This document shows positions 27,311 to 39,000 of a stretch of 64,000 nt of DNA, in pieces. The DNA is from Diadema antillarum (taxonomy: Eukaryota): positions 372,001 to 436,000 of the forward strand of contig NW_027270959.1 in the NCBI RefSeq assembly GCF_040938485.1, given 5' to 3'. Under the pieces are notes generated by a model that had not been told where the DNA came from, made no database searches, and saw only the letters and a list, made by a program, of their open reading frames with translations. Position numbers and translations under genes: made by a program. Positions within the stretch are counted from its first letter, which is position 1. Each line of letters begins with the position of its first letter.

Positions 27311-28010
27311 CTTTCATGATTAATCTTGCTTTAACTATTCAGGAATTATTTTGAAATCTGTCGTATTCTTTGTTGCTAGGAAAGTCGAGACAATGTAGTT
27401 ACTTTCCTTTCAGACAATTTAATGCTCGACGGGGATTAAAGATCAAAGAAAATTGACTACCAATATGATTTGTATGGATGCCTTCTCTCTAAATCAAGTC
27501 TATTAAGAATAATCTCAATGAGTTCAGCATGATTACAAATAGCAATGATACCTTGTACAAACTTAGCACTAGATAACGTGTAGTCTTCAGGCTGGGGTAT
27601 AACATAGAAATTGTGATGAATATAGTTGTAAATAACGTCACAGTCCCGTCATCAAACTAGAATCACGCACTTGCTAATCTGTATTGGTTTCCCTTCGTCA
27701 AGTATAATAATTATTATACAATGTATATTTCTTTGAAGCAGGCCTTAAGTGATAAGAAAAAGAAGCCTAAGTGGCTGATAACAGAAATAATCAGTATTAC
27801 ATCATTTCCCCTGTAAACCATTAAAAGATTTTTAAACATTTGTTTTTATTGCATGTTGTTCTTGCAGAAAGACAACAGTTATAGTACCCGATTGGGAGCT
27901 TTAATTGTAGATGTGAGAGCACAACAATATCACTGAATTTCGTTTCAGCTCTCTGACGCCCATCGACAATCGCAGTTGTATGAGACTAATTACGATATCA
28001 TTTAAACCAT

Positions 28011-28078
28011 TTCATTTCTTTTTCATTTCATTTCATTTCACTTCATTTTGTTCCATTTCATTTCGTTTCATTTCATTT
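28011..28078. repeat. Imperfect (TTTCA)n pentanucleotide microsatellite
   Basis: Direct reading. Confidence 0.88.
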
Positions 28079-28409
28079 GTTTTCCACTTCCAACAAAAAT
28101 CATACACAACGTGATTGTTTCAATATGTGTACAAAGCATTTTAAGTATTTACATCAGCACGTGAATTGTTATGATAACATAACAAACTTTAAACAAAGTC
28201 ATATAGAATTAGTTAGCGATGTATTAAATTGCCTCAGCAATGAGTTGTTGTTGTTCTTATTAATGTTGTTGTGTCTAGGACCAAGACTCCTATTCCGCCT
28301 TTCCTTTAATCTTGATGACAAAAAGAGAGAATTGTTTGAAATGTGCGCACAAAGGGTTGTGACGTTCTTTGTAATATCATATTACTGCATTCATTTTCAT
28401 CAGTATTGT

Positions 28410-29744
28410 AGAGCCCACCGGAGGTGAAGGGAGACTTAAGGGATCGCATGCGGCGTCTGTCCGTCCGTCGTCCGTCCGTAACGCTACAAAAAAATTAATT
28501 ACTTTGTACTGAGGGCTTTAATGTCAATCAAACTTGGAGTGAAAAGTGTTTATATAAGTTACACATGTTACCAAACAGGAAGGTCACCTTAAGGTCAAAG
28601 GTCATAGGCAGGGGTCTAAGAACTTTAAGTGGCCAATGTTAAGTTTTTACGGCGCGTTTCGATTATGGCTCATAATTTTTGATTGGTATGTCCATTTGTG
28701 ACCAAACTTGGATGGTAGGTGTCCCTTGAGGAGTTGAAGGACACCAAGGTCAAAGGTCACAGTATTGCGTCAACAAACTTTTAGGGGCCAATGTTAAGTT
28801 TTTACTGCGCGTTTCGATTATGGCTCATAACTTTTGATTGGTACATGTCCGTTTGTGACAAAACTTAAATGGTAAGTGTCCCTTGGGGAGTTTAAGGTCA
28901 CCACAAGGTCAAAGGTCAAAAACAGGGGTCAATGAACTTTTAAGGGCCAAAACTTTTTTATGGCGCGTTTCGATTATGGCTCATAACTTTTGATTGGTTA
29001 GTCCGTTTGTGACCAAGCTTATGTGGTAGGTGTCCCTTGGAGAGTTGAAGGTCACCACAAGGTCAAAGGTCGCAAACAGGGGTCAACGAACTTTTAGGGG
29101 CCAATGTTCACTTTTTACGGCGCATTTCGATTATGGCTTATAACTTTTGCTCGGTATATAGGACTGTTTGCGACCAAACTTTGGTGGTAGATGTCTCTTG
29201 GGGAGTTGAAGGTCACCACAAGGTCAAAGGTCACAAACAGGGGTCAACTAACTTTTAGGGGCCAATGTTAAGTTATTACGGCGCGTTTCGATTATGGCTT
29301 ATAATTTTTGCTCGGTATGACTGTTTGCGACCAAACTTTGGTGGTAGATGTCTCTTGGGGAGTTGAAAATCACCACAAGGTCAAAGGTCACAGACAGGGG
29401 TCAACAAACTTTCAGGGGCCAATGTTAAGTTTGACTGTGTTTATACCTAAGAGAGTATTTTTCTCTTTTTTCCGATCATGTTCTTTCTAAGAATCAAATT
29501 GTATGTATACCATTTTTTGTCACCCATCATTATGACATTTTAACAATTATTGAAATAATTATGCTGTTCCATGTTCTTTTTTTTGGGGGGGGCATTTTCT
29601 TTGCAAGTAATTCTTGTTTTACAAAGCTCTTGTTGTACAACTAACACTTTGCCTTGATTCCACTTTATAACAATCAAAGTTAGATTATTACAAATGTGTT
29701 GTGGTACATTTGTGGGCGAGACACATTTCGGCACTTACCTTGTT
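28410..29744 (+). mobile_element. Non-autonomous Helentron-associated-like element (DINE-1/Pearl/Tsp-type architecture) with internal tandem array
   Basis: Head GCCCACCGGAGG followed by a (GTCC/GTCT)n microsatellite at ~28463-28488, then a tandem array. A short inverted GTGGGC lies at 29712-29717 and the end reads ...CTTACCTTGTT at 29744. There is no coding capacity. The superfamily assignment is by architecture only. Confidence 0.55.
28575..29435 (+). repeat. Tandem array of about 5.5 units of ~154-161 bp
   Basis: AGGTCAAAGGTC recurs at 28592, 28747, 28906, 29060, 29221 and 29378. TTTCGATTATGGCT, CCAAACTT.G.TGGTAG and GGGGCCAATGTT recur with the same period. Confidence 0.93.
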
Positions 29745-30188
29745 ATAGGGTTTAAGAGTAAGATGGGCTTGAAATAAATGAAACCGTATTAATGCAACGT
29801 CTCGGATGAATTGGAAAAGAATACTTGTTATCTCATGGTTATAAGGAAGGTATGAGTTTGTTTGTTTTTTTTTTTGTTGTTGTTGTTTTTTTGCGAATCG
29901 CGCCTAAAACGAGGTACAACATTTAATCCCGGGTTAACAAAAAAAAAAATACGTTAGTGTCTTTACATGCTCCCTCTCTGCTTGGAATGTCTACTTATTC
30001 CAATCTTTGTCCCTATCGGATATAGCAGAAGAAGTGGTAGAGGAAAGTATCATGGATTTTAATGAAAGTGGAGATTGTAATTAATTGTGTGAAACAAGGA
30101 AGAGAAGATAGATAAACAGACAGACGGACAGACAGACAAATGATGAGAATGCGATCTTATATAACCATGATAGCCCCTTCAGTGTTAA

Positions 30189-30580
30189 AGGGGGAATTTA
30201 CCCTAAACATGATAATTATCTTGATTCTGTTAATGCAGAAGTCTTTGTAAATCATAAACCATAAACCAGAACATGAAACGAATCAGTAAAGCTTGAAGAA
30301 AATCGGACGATCCGTTGAAAAGTTATGAGTGTTTAAAGTTTTGGCTAAAATCATGAACCGTCATCGCTGGAAAAGAGGTCTACAAAAATATGCGATGTCA
30401 CAGTACGGGACAGACATGACGAAGCTATTACGCGAATCCACATTTATCGCATAATGAAAACGCCCATTGCTTCAGAAAGCAGGGGGAATAACATTACCGT
30501 TATCATGACAATGTCAGCTAACAAAAATCAGAAAAAGATTTTCATTAAAAAATGAAAATATGTAGAATTATGTGATTATA
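30189..30580 (+). mobile_element. Degenerate, 3'-truncated copy of MITE family A
   Basis: Starts TTAA-AGGGGGAATTTACCC. It shares GAAAATCGGACGATCCGTTGAAAAGTTATGA, CGCTGGA..GAG..CTAC and AAAGCAGGGGGAATAACATTACC with the 9232-9798 element. No right end found. Confidence 0.65.
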
Positions 30581-30928
30581 TCTAATGATCACCGTGTTTT
30601 AAAAAAAGACCACTGCGCCACTTAACTATTTCGTTACGATGCCATGCCGGTGTCGACATTCTGAAAATCAGAGTTTGGCCACATCCGATGGTCAATCACA
30701 GCCCGATGCGTCACACTTTGCTGAGAAGGCAGTCTCACAAAAATGTTGTAAAACATTTTTGCAGGTTAGTCTTCGCTCACTCGGGTACAACATTACTAAC
30801 CCCCTTAGGTGTAGGCCTTTGTAACACCCAACATGTTTATGGTGAAGTTGAGTTCTGGTATTGCTAGCCTAAAGCTTGTTTTATGAGATTCCTTTCTTTG
30901 CCTACGTCATCAGTAGTCATTCGGATCG

Positions 30929-31100
30929 GGGGAGCTGTTGTGGCTTAGTGAAAGAGACAAGGGACTGTTAATCTGAGGTTCGTGGTTCGAATCCCCTGGC
31001 TGCAACGGTTGGCCCCCTCAGTAAGACACTTCATCCTCATTGCTCATTGCCTGTAGTTCTGAGGAGACGACGTAAAAACCGTTGGTCCTGTTACACTTTC
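30929..31100 (+). mobile_element. tRNA-derived SINE (family 2)
   Basis: A box TGGCTTAGTGA 30941-30951 and B box GGTTCGAATCC 30984-30994. The body CCCTCAGTAAGACACTTCATCCTCATTGC...GAGGAGAC..AAAAACCGTTGGTCC differs from family 1 in its 3' half. Confidence 0.72.
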
Positions 31101-32854
31101 TAACGTAACATAAAACAAAACGGAATGCAAATCAAACACAAATGAAGAGCTCAATCGAAAAACGAGCTAACTCCATTCTTGTTAAGTTGAGATATTTGTA
31201 ATTAAAACTGCTAAAAAACAAAGAAAATAATAAGAAAATACAGGATTTTTTTAAATCATAACTTCTAGAATATTCCTTGTTATGTCACAAGTGAGGTATC
31301 ACTGGAAAAGTTTTATTTTGCTCTCTCTGATGATGGACTTACTTTGAAATGTTTAAAAATGGCGCTTAGCTCATTTTGCTCATCAATAAAACTCTTCACA
31401 TATAAATCAAGTGCAACTGACTAGCAAATTGCCCTTCATCGACGTAACATAACACATATACCCGAGTATAAATGTCCGCGGAGTTGTTAATCATGGCTAT
31501 TATTTGAACTATGAATAAGAGGTGTACATGTCCATGAAGGTCAATCTATTAATCTGTTGCAATGAAAAGCAACTTGGCGCAAGAATCGTTAACTTGCAAA
31601 AAAAATCAGGTGTTTTGCATATTCACAAGTAATATGAATACATATTCATATTGTAGGCCTATATATTGCGACAACGTTGTGCGTATGATGTAATATTTTA
31701 CTAACATTTATAGCGAGCTGATGCACTATAGCGGGATACTCGGCTTGCCAACTGAGCTACACGGCATGAATCCTACAACACACGATCAAGTTAGCTTCAT
31801 CAGGCTCCATGTTTTTCCTGGCACTGTCCTTTTCGAAGACATGTTTCATAGGAAATTCCGGTATTCCCCGCTGTACTGCAACAGCCATCGCGTGCCCTAA
31901 TCAATATGCAACCCCAATAATGTCGTTCTATATTATATTTGTGTGTATGTGTATGCGTCAGTGGCGTATGTGTGCGTGTGTGCGTGTGTGTGAGAGTGTA
32001 TGATTATGTGCATTTGAGGGTTTATGAATACATCAACGTTGCCATCAGCGATGGAGGTAAATAGGGTAAATGAGTAAATGTAAAATCTTAATTGCAAACC
32101 TAACGTGTTTCTGTACCAGCGCCGTAATCAAGGTCGCACAGTACAATCCTGACCGGTTTTTTGGCTTGACATCGTGTAAACAGACAGCAGCCACTATACA
32201 TTGTAACGACAACCGCGAGGGTCTGTTTATTCGAGACTGGGCTGATCAGATGAGGGAGGTATTTGGGAGTAGAAACCTTGGTCGGCTATTTAGTTAACAG
32301 ATGAAGCGGCCTTGAGGTTCGAATGAGTGACGGGCGGAGACCAGACGGCCGCTCCGCAGGTGAGGGGGAGAAACCCGGCGCGGATCACACGGCAGCTATC
32401 GTCGCACCCGCCATGTTCTGAGAGTCGGTGAACCGGTTTTCAACAACATAAAAATTATGCCTGTTCAAATAATTATGTTTCCATTGTTCCCTGCACTTTG
32501 TTAGTCGTGACAACATCGAATCTTTCAGAATGTCTTACATATCTATATATGAGCTTGTCCATCCTGGCAATTGTAGAGATGTTTTCATCTACTGCTTTCA
32601 AGCATACGGCTACTACTATCTATCTCGCCCTAATGCATAGTAGTAAAGAACTTTTACCATTTTCCATTCTCGTCACATGCACTCGCTGACAATTAATAAT
32701 TACTTAGTCTTTAGCCAAGTCAGGCAAACGTATACATTGTACAAGATTTGGGATTGATTCGGTTCTTACATTCCTCATGAAATATGAAGGGATTCTTAAA
32801 GCAAATACTAAAACACGACGACACTGCGTTGCAATGGTGGTGAACAAACCAGCG

Positions 32855-33020
32855 ACCATGTATTGAAGGTAATGGATGAAGCTCTGGGCACTCAAACTGC
32901 AGGTCCCGAGTTCGAATCTTGCCCGGTGCCCTACGTATCATCTTGGACCAGTGAGGCTCGACAAGATGGCTTCCCCACGATGTTCCTCGTCACCCAGCTA
33001 GGCATATCAGTACCTGGCAA
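32855..33020 (+). mobile_element. Degenerate tRNA-derived SINE (family 1)
   Basis: GGTCCCGAGTTCGAATCTTGCCCGGTGC (B box 32908-32918), GACAAGATG and ATGTTCCTCGTCACCCAG...GTACC align with the 43121 copy. Confidence 0.65.
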
Positions 33021-35499
33021 AGCCGGTATAACATTAACTTCGGGGCCCTCTAAAAAAGTTTACTCTGGATGACGAAATCCATACATTTTTTTTACTATCT
33101 TTATCATCAAAATTATCAATCACATTTGGCAAAAATGGATATTAAATCACATGAATTGCGAATACATTCACTTTGCACATCTTCCGTACAGAGAGAAAAT
33201 ACGACGCACTATCGTGCAAAATACGCGAAGAGAATGAAGAGAGTGGAAAAGCACTTAGTGAAATAAAAGTGAGAATTGAAACGGAAGAGCGCAGTCCTTG
33301 GATACTACGGTTCTTCTTCTTTTTTTCTCATCCAAAATGAATTCATTTTCAGAGTCATTTGTATATTTCATATCAAGCATCACACAAGTTGAATATGACA
33401 CGTAATAACTAATGCAGGTGTGTAGTCTAAGGAAAGAGGTGAAATACTGGAAGAGCATGTGTATAATATTTCCAATGTGTATGTCGCCCTTAAAGATAAT
33501 AAATAAATATCACCCCTTATACATAAATGAAGGAGATAAGAATACTGCACATTCTTTAATCTGTCCTTCATAATGGCCTTCGATGCCATGATTTCTTTCA
33601 AATTAGTCGCTTATTTCACCTCTGGGAAATTTGTATTTGGTATCCTTTCCCACTGTTTCAGCGAACGACAAGTGAAGGGATCACTAAAGTTGTGTGTTAG
33701 CTATTACGTTTTAAGAAAATATGTATATCTTTAGAATCGCGGTGCTTTCAACCAAACGAAATTGAGTATCACCGATTTTCCTTTGACTTCATGAGCAAAC
33801 TTCCTATACCGTGAAGTCATGCATAGCTGAAATAGTGTGACGGTTGACAGTCCTTTTAATATCGAGATCAACTCTCAATACTGTTCAACGCCACAAAACT
33901 CCGGTTTGAAATAATCTATAACAGTTAGCAAATTATGACATTTGGAATAAATTTACCCATGCACTGATCCATTTCCGTGAAGATCAAAAATGAAACGAAA
34001 GAAAGATACGTATCGTTCATTTATAAACGTTTGAATGGTAATCATGCTCAGTATCTAATGGTGTATATTGTCCATGAACAATCTCTTATCGATAAGAATT
34101 CATGATTATCAAGGTTATCACAGGGTATGTAAACGCCCGATAGGTGTTTTTGTTTGTTTGTTTTTTTATAGTAAATTGATAAAGAATTTGATGGTTCGTG
34201 TTTGACACAATATGGAGTTAATATGGCGACAGGTGTATCTAACACAGTGTAAGTATTGTCTGCTCTCCCCGAGTCAAAGTGCTACATCCCTGATAATGTC
34301 TGCCCAGATACCACGTCAGTCAGGTGAGGGCGATATCTAAAAAATGAGTACAGGTGGCGATTTTTCTTTTTTCTTTATCTCACCTTTCCGGGGGTCGGAA
34401 GATACAAAAATTTTAGCCTCTTCCCTTTGCCTAAACAAAGCCTCATGAGAAAGCGAAAAAGGTGTAAGGACGTGAAGGTTACGCAATCAAAAGAAACAGA
34501 GAGAGAAAGGTGCCTATTATGGGGCATTTGGGGCGTATTATTTCGGTTTTTCTTATCACGCAAAAATGAGGTTAAGCCATGTAAACGAGGCAGTTGGGAG
34601 AACCCGGCTGTCTGGCCGGAACAGAGGCTGATTAGGCATAAAAAGAGAAGACAAATAGAGCGACACTTCTTGGACTACTGCCGCGAGTGCACTCACAATA
34701 TTATTGAAGAAACCCAGCGTTGATAAGCGAATCCCACTGTGAATAAAACCGCCCAAATCAAACAGAAAAAGAACTCTCACAAACCGGGCCGAAGTGGGGG
34801 TCTTGTATTAGTGGAGATAAGATGATAATAGGAGGAGAAAGGTAAGAGTTTTTATTTCGAGGACACCTTCTTCACGCTTTAATCAATACGAGGCGCTGTC
34901 ACTCAAACCAGGCGCTTCTTTCACGTGCGTGTCGATCTAGATGTGAGGAGGTTCGGGGACGGGGAGGGGATGGAGGGTCGGTTTTTTCAATGCACGAGCT
35001 AAGCTGATTTGTGAGGAGGTGTGAATCGCTTTATACCTACCTTGTGTCAACCCAGGAGCTAGGGAAGGAAAGGGTGTGGCGGTAGGGTGAAGTACGCCGA
35101 TCCGCACAGACACTGGCAGCGCATCCAGGAGTTAAACGCCACTCAAAGACCCATGTTTGTTCCTCCTCATCATCCCTATTGATCCGAGCACAAAAATAGT
35201 TTTCTTTGGATGAAGGGCCGTTTGAATTAAGCCCTTTTTACAATAGAGAAAAAGAGAAAGAAAAGAGAACTGGGGAAAGTTCTGAAAGGGGGCGGGGGAC
35301 TATAGACCTATTTGGTTTGAAAACACTATAGTGTATGTCTGCCATATCTGGAGGACTTCCAGAATAGAAGAGCACATGATTTAATTGGTTATGCAATGAG
35401 TAAGATGTATTGCTATGTCAGTGTATAATTCAATATGTAATTCAACAATTGATAAGGCACAGTAAAGCCTCCTCCCCCCCCCCCCCCAAAAAAAAGAAG

Positions 35500-36016
35500 A
35501 TAATAATAATAATAATAATAATAACTATTTCTTATTGAGCGCTTTTACAGGACCTGATCAAAGCGCTGTACATACATCAACAAACAACATTCACAAAGCA
35601 TAGGAACATACTTAGTAGTTACAATTGAAATAGTTCAGTCTTGAGTTTCCTTCTAAACATTTCCTCTGAATCACATAGACGGAGTTGTTTTGGTAGAGTG
35701 TTCCAGACAACAGATCCAGCATGTGAAAATGTATGTTCGAAAGCTTTGGTTTTTGCTTGTGGGATTTGTAGGACTGTTTTATCTTTTTTGTGACCGGAGT
35801 TGATATCTGGTGGCTGTAGGGGTGGTTAGTAGGTTGGATAGGTATTGAGGAGCGGTATTCATCATGCATTTATAGACAAGAAGGGTAGTTTGAAATCGAT
35901 ACGCTCTTTGATGGGGAGCCAGTGTAACTGCTTCAGTAAAGGAGCACTCGGGGATCTTCTCTTTACACCAAGCACCAGGCGAGCCGCTCGATTTTGGACT
36001 TTTTGGAGTCTTTTCA
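35500..36016 (-). mobile_element. 3' end of an L2-clade LINE (degraded ORF2 C-terminus, 3' UTR and (TTA)n tail), running into an N gap
   Basis: Minus-strand translation with two frameshifts (~35885, ~35785): KRLQKVQNRAARLVLGVKRRSPSAPLLKQLHWLPIKERIDFK / LLVYKCMMNTAPQYLSNLL..RYQLRS / ..FSHAGSVVWNTLPKQLR..SEEMFRRKLKTELFQL*, with the stop at 35619-35621. This is the typical post-RT C-terminus of L2/CR1-group elements. The 3' end has AGCGCT...AGCGCT and a trinucleotide tail at 35500-35524. Confidence 0.88.
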
Positions 36017-39000
36017 NNNNNNNNNNNNNNNNNNNNNNNNNNNNNNNNNNNNNNNNNNNNNNNNNNNNNNNNNNNNNNNNNNNNNNNNNNNNNNNNNNNN
36101 NNNNNNNNNNNNNNNNNNNNNNNNNNNNNNNNNNNNNNNNNNNNNNNNNATAAACATGAAAAAAAATACCGAAACCGAAAAGGTCTATGCTAGTTCAAAG
36201 TACAGCAATGGTCTGCAATGACCTCTGTATCAAGGACTTTTCAAAGCATGGATCGATCTTTTAATTAGAAGAGCAGTTGAAAACAGCCCAGCAGAAAGTA
36301 GTAATTTACTTGTGTGTGACGCATGACTAGATTTTATTAATTTAGTTGAAAGGACTAGGCCTACACATTTACCTGTACATTTCCATGTGTACCTTCCTCA
36401 ACTTTGAGTATTCATAACATAATTTGCATGGAGACCTTTCTAATTTTTGAAATGCCTCAGAGAAGTCAATTTCAAGAGAAGGTCTGAAATGGCCTTCATC
36501 TGCACTTGCTCAAATTATTGATGTCAACTCAATAACTAGATTTGTGATAGACCTGTTCGGTTTGAGTGCTTTTTATGTTATTATTATATTTCAGCCATAG
36601 CGGGGGGGGGGGGGCTTCAGTATACCTAACAACAGTTAATTTTTGCAGTGACAGAGCAATGCACCTGACTCATTTCATAACCCACTGGGCCATCTTTTCT
36701 TTTTATTTTGGAAGCCCCACCCCCCCCCCCTCCTTACCCCAGTTATGGCAGACGTAAGTTACAATGTTTTACAAGCAAACAGGTCTATTGGTGGAGAGCA
36801 GCTTCTGATATTCTTTTTTTTTTTCCTTACAATATTCCTGTCCGTCGTCCGGATAACAACAGCGAGCTTTTTAGATCTGTGACGCAAACGCTATAGACGA
36901 CGCTGTTAGGCTAAAAAAAGGAAAGAAAGAAAGAAAAGTGTTCTGCACTTGCGCAAAGCAGCCTTTTCCATTGTTCAAACCTGGGAGGCTGCGTCATCTT
37001 AGCGTTCGCGTCGCAGACCTAAAGCTCGCTGTTAATGAGGTGTGGCTGTCGAATCGAGGACGAGATTCATGGCGAACAAGGCAGCTTCTCTGTGTCAGGG
37101 AGAGTGGCATCCATTGGTAAGCTTTTTTTCCCTCCTCAATGATGTTTTACATGTCTTCCAATGAAGACACGCCTATAATGTCATCTAATTCGAATACTGA
37201 CTTACTCTATGCAAGAAGGTACTACAGGCAAGCTCGCCTAGTACCTCTTTGCCTTATGTCGATTTGCGATCAAGGTGATAAGGAAGTTAGGGAAAAGTTT
37301 GAAGAAGCCATGACATACAGTTTCTCTCTTTCTGTCTCTCCGTTTGTCTCTCTCTCTCTCTCTTTCCTTCCTCCCTTTTCTGTTTTTTGTCTTTCTCTCA
37401 TTTTTTTTTCACACACATACCCATATTTGGTAGGTGTATGAAAAAAGAAATATAAAAGTAACGTACTTTAGACTGATTAAATTCATTTTGTATCATGAAT
37501 ATCAATTGTTTTATAATAGTACTGAATTTACAAAGTATGTGTTTCTTTTCATTGTCATGGATATTGTTACAAATACTGCATAATTTGTGTTGAAACCTAA
37601 TAAATGAAATGACATGAAATGAAATATGCATACATGCATACATACACGTACAATGACAATAGATATACATATACGTACATCGGTGTGAAAGAACTACTTA
37701 ACAAAAATGGCAACATATACATCCTCCCACTTTTTCTTGATGTTGTTTCCTCTTTTTGTAGTGGAGATATTGAGTAGGTTATTGCTTTGTCTCCTCTGCA
37801 CTTTTCGAAGATGATACCGGAACAAACGTCTTGTAAATGGCAGCCATTATTTGCTCAGGTGCAAAATAAAAAAGAAAAGAAAGAAAGAAAGGGACAACAC
37901 AAAACAAAGCAAAGGGAAGAAAGAAAATAGAAGAAGTAATAACAAAGAACATAATCATCTGAAGGTCACAAGGATGGCTAGGGATTAGTTTATAGAATTG
38001 ATTGGATCCATATCGCGTCTCTTGCCGTGGCCTCGTCAGGATTGACCAATAGAATGATGGCTCTCATGTTGAGAACATGCAACATACTTTGTTCGATGCC
38101 ACTTGGCAAACAAGGACACGAAGCCTGCATCCTATCACACATTACAAAGGGGGTAAGTATCTACTAGACAGTGTAACGGCCTTGGACTTTGCCAAACCTA
38201 AAGTGGCCGAGGGCTATCCCCTTCTTACTCCGGATATCAAGATTGATGACGAGAGCATTAGGAAAATAACAAATTGCTTGCAAAGGATAAATCTTCTCTA
38301 AAATTCAAAAAATTTCAAAGTTATTTTGCTACCCATTCAAAACTTTTTTTCTCACCCCCTTTTGAATGTGCCGTCGCTAGAAATAATCAGTCACGTTGGT
38401 CAATGTAGGCTCCTATAAGGAGTGAAAATCACCTGAATATCGTACAAAATTATCTTGGTTTGTAACAGGTAAAGCATTTGTAAAGGGGAAAATTTCTTCC
38501 TAAACTAATGTTCCATGTTCAAGAAATGTCCGTCACACCCGCCTTTTTCCCCCGTCTTAGAGAACATGGTTCAGCATGGAAATGTGATTTTTATCTTATC
38601 ATATAAACATGCTTGTTGTTGTTCTTTTTATTTCGTCATTTTTTTCGGATGACGGTGAACACGTGAAGTACATTGTATTTGCATGTCGTTATGTATCATT
38701 TTTTTAATTCATGATGAAGTTAATAACAATTATGTGAATTTCATTTAGGAACTTCATTACTGAAACTGTAAGAAAAGAAGGAAAAATATTTGACAATGTG
38801 ACATCCATATCAATGTTTTGTCACATGGAAAGGCAATTTCCATTGGATTTTGGGTTGTTGTTTTTTTACCCAATGTTAGATGGTTTGGGTCACATACAAT
38901 TGACTATCAAAAACACATACAGTATAATTATGGCCTATAATAGGTAAATGAACATACGTATAAACACACACAAGCACACTTTTATGATTGTGCTGTATAT

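Noticed and set aside
28575-29435. Regularly spaced repeats as a CRISPR array
   Set aside because: The whole ~157-bp unit repeats, with no unique spacers; the context is eukaryotic and there are no cas genes.
38077-38301. 74-aa ORF with an internal GTAAGT, and the 64-aa minus ORF at 49186-49380, as exons
   Set aside because: No recognisable homology, no consistent acceptor/donor pair, and in-frame stops nearby.
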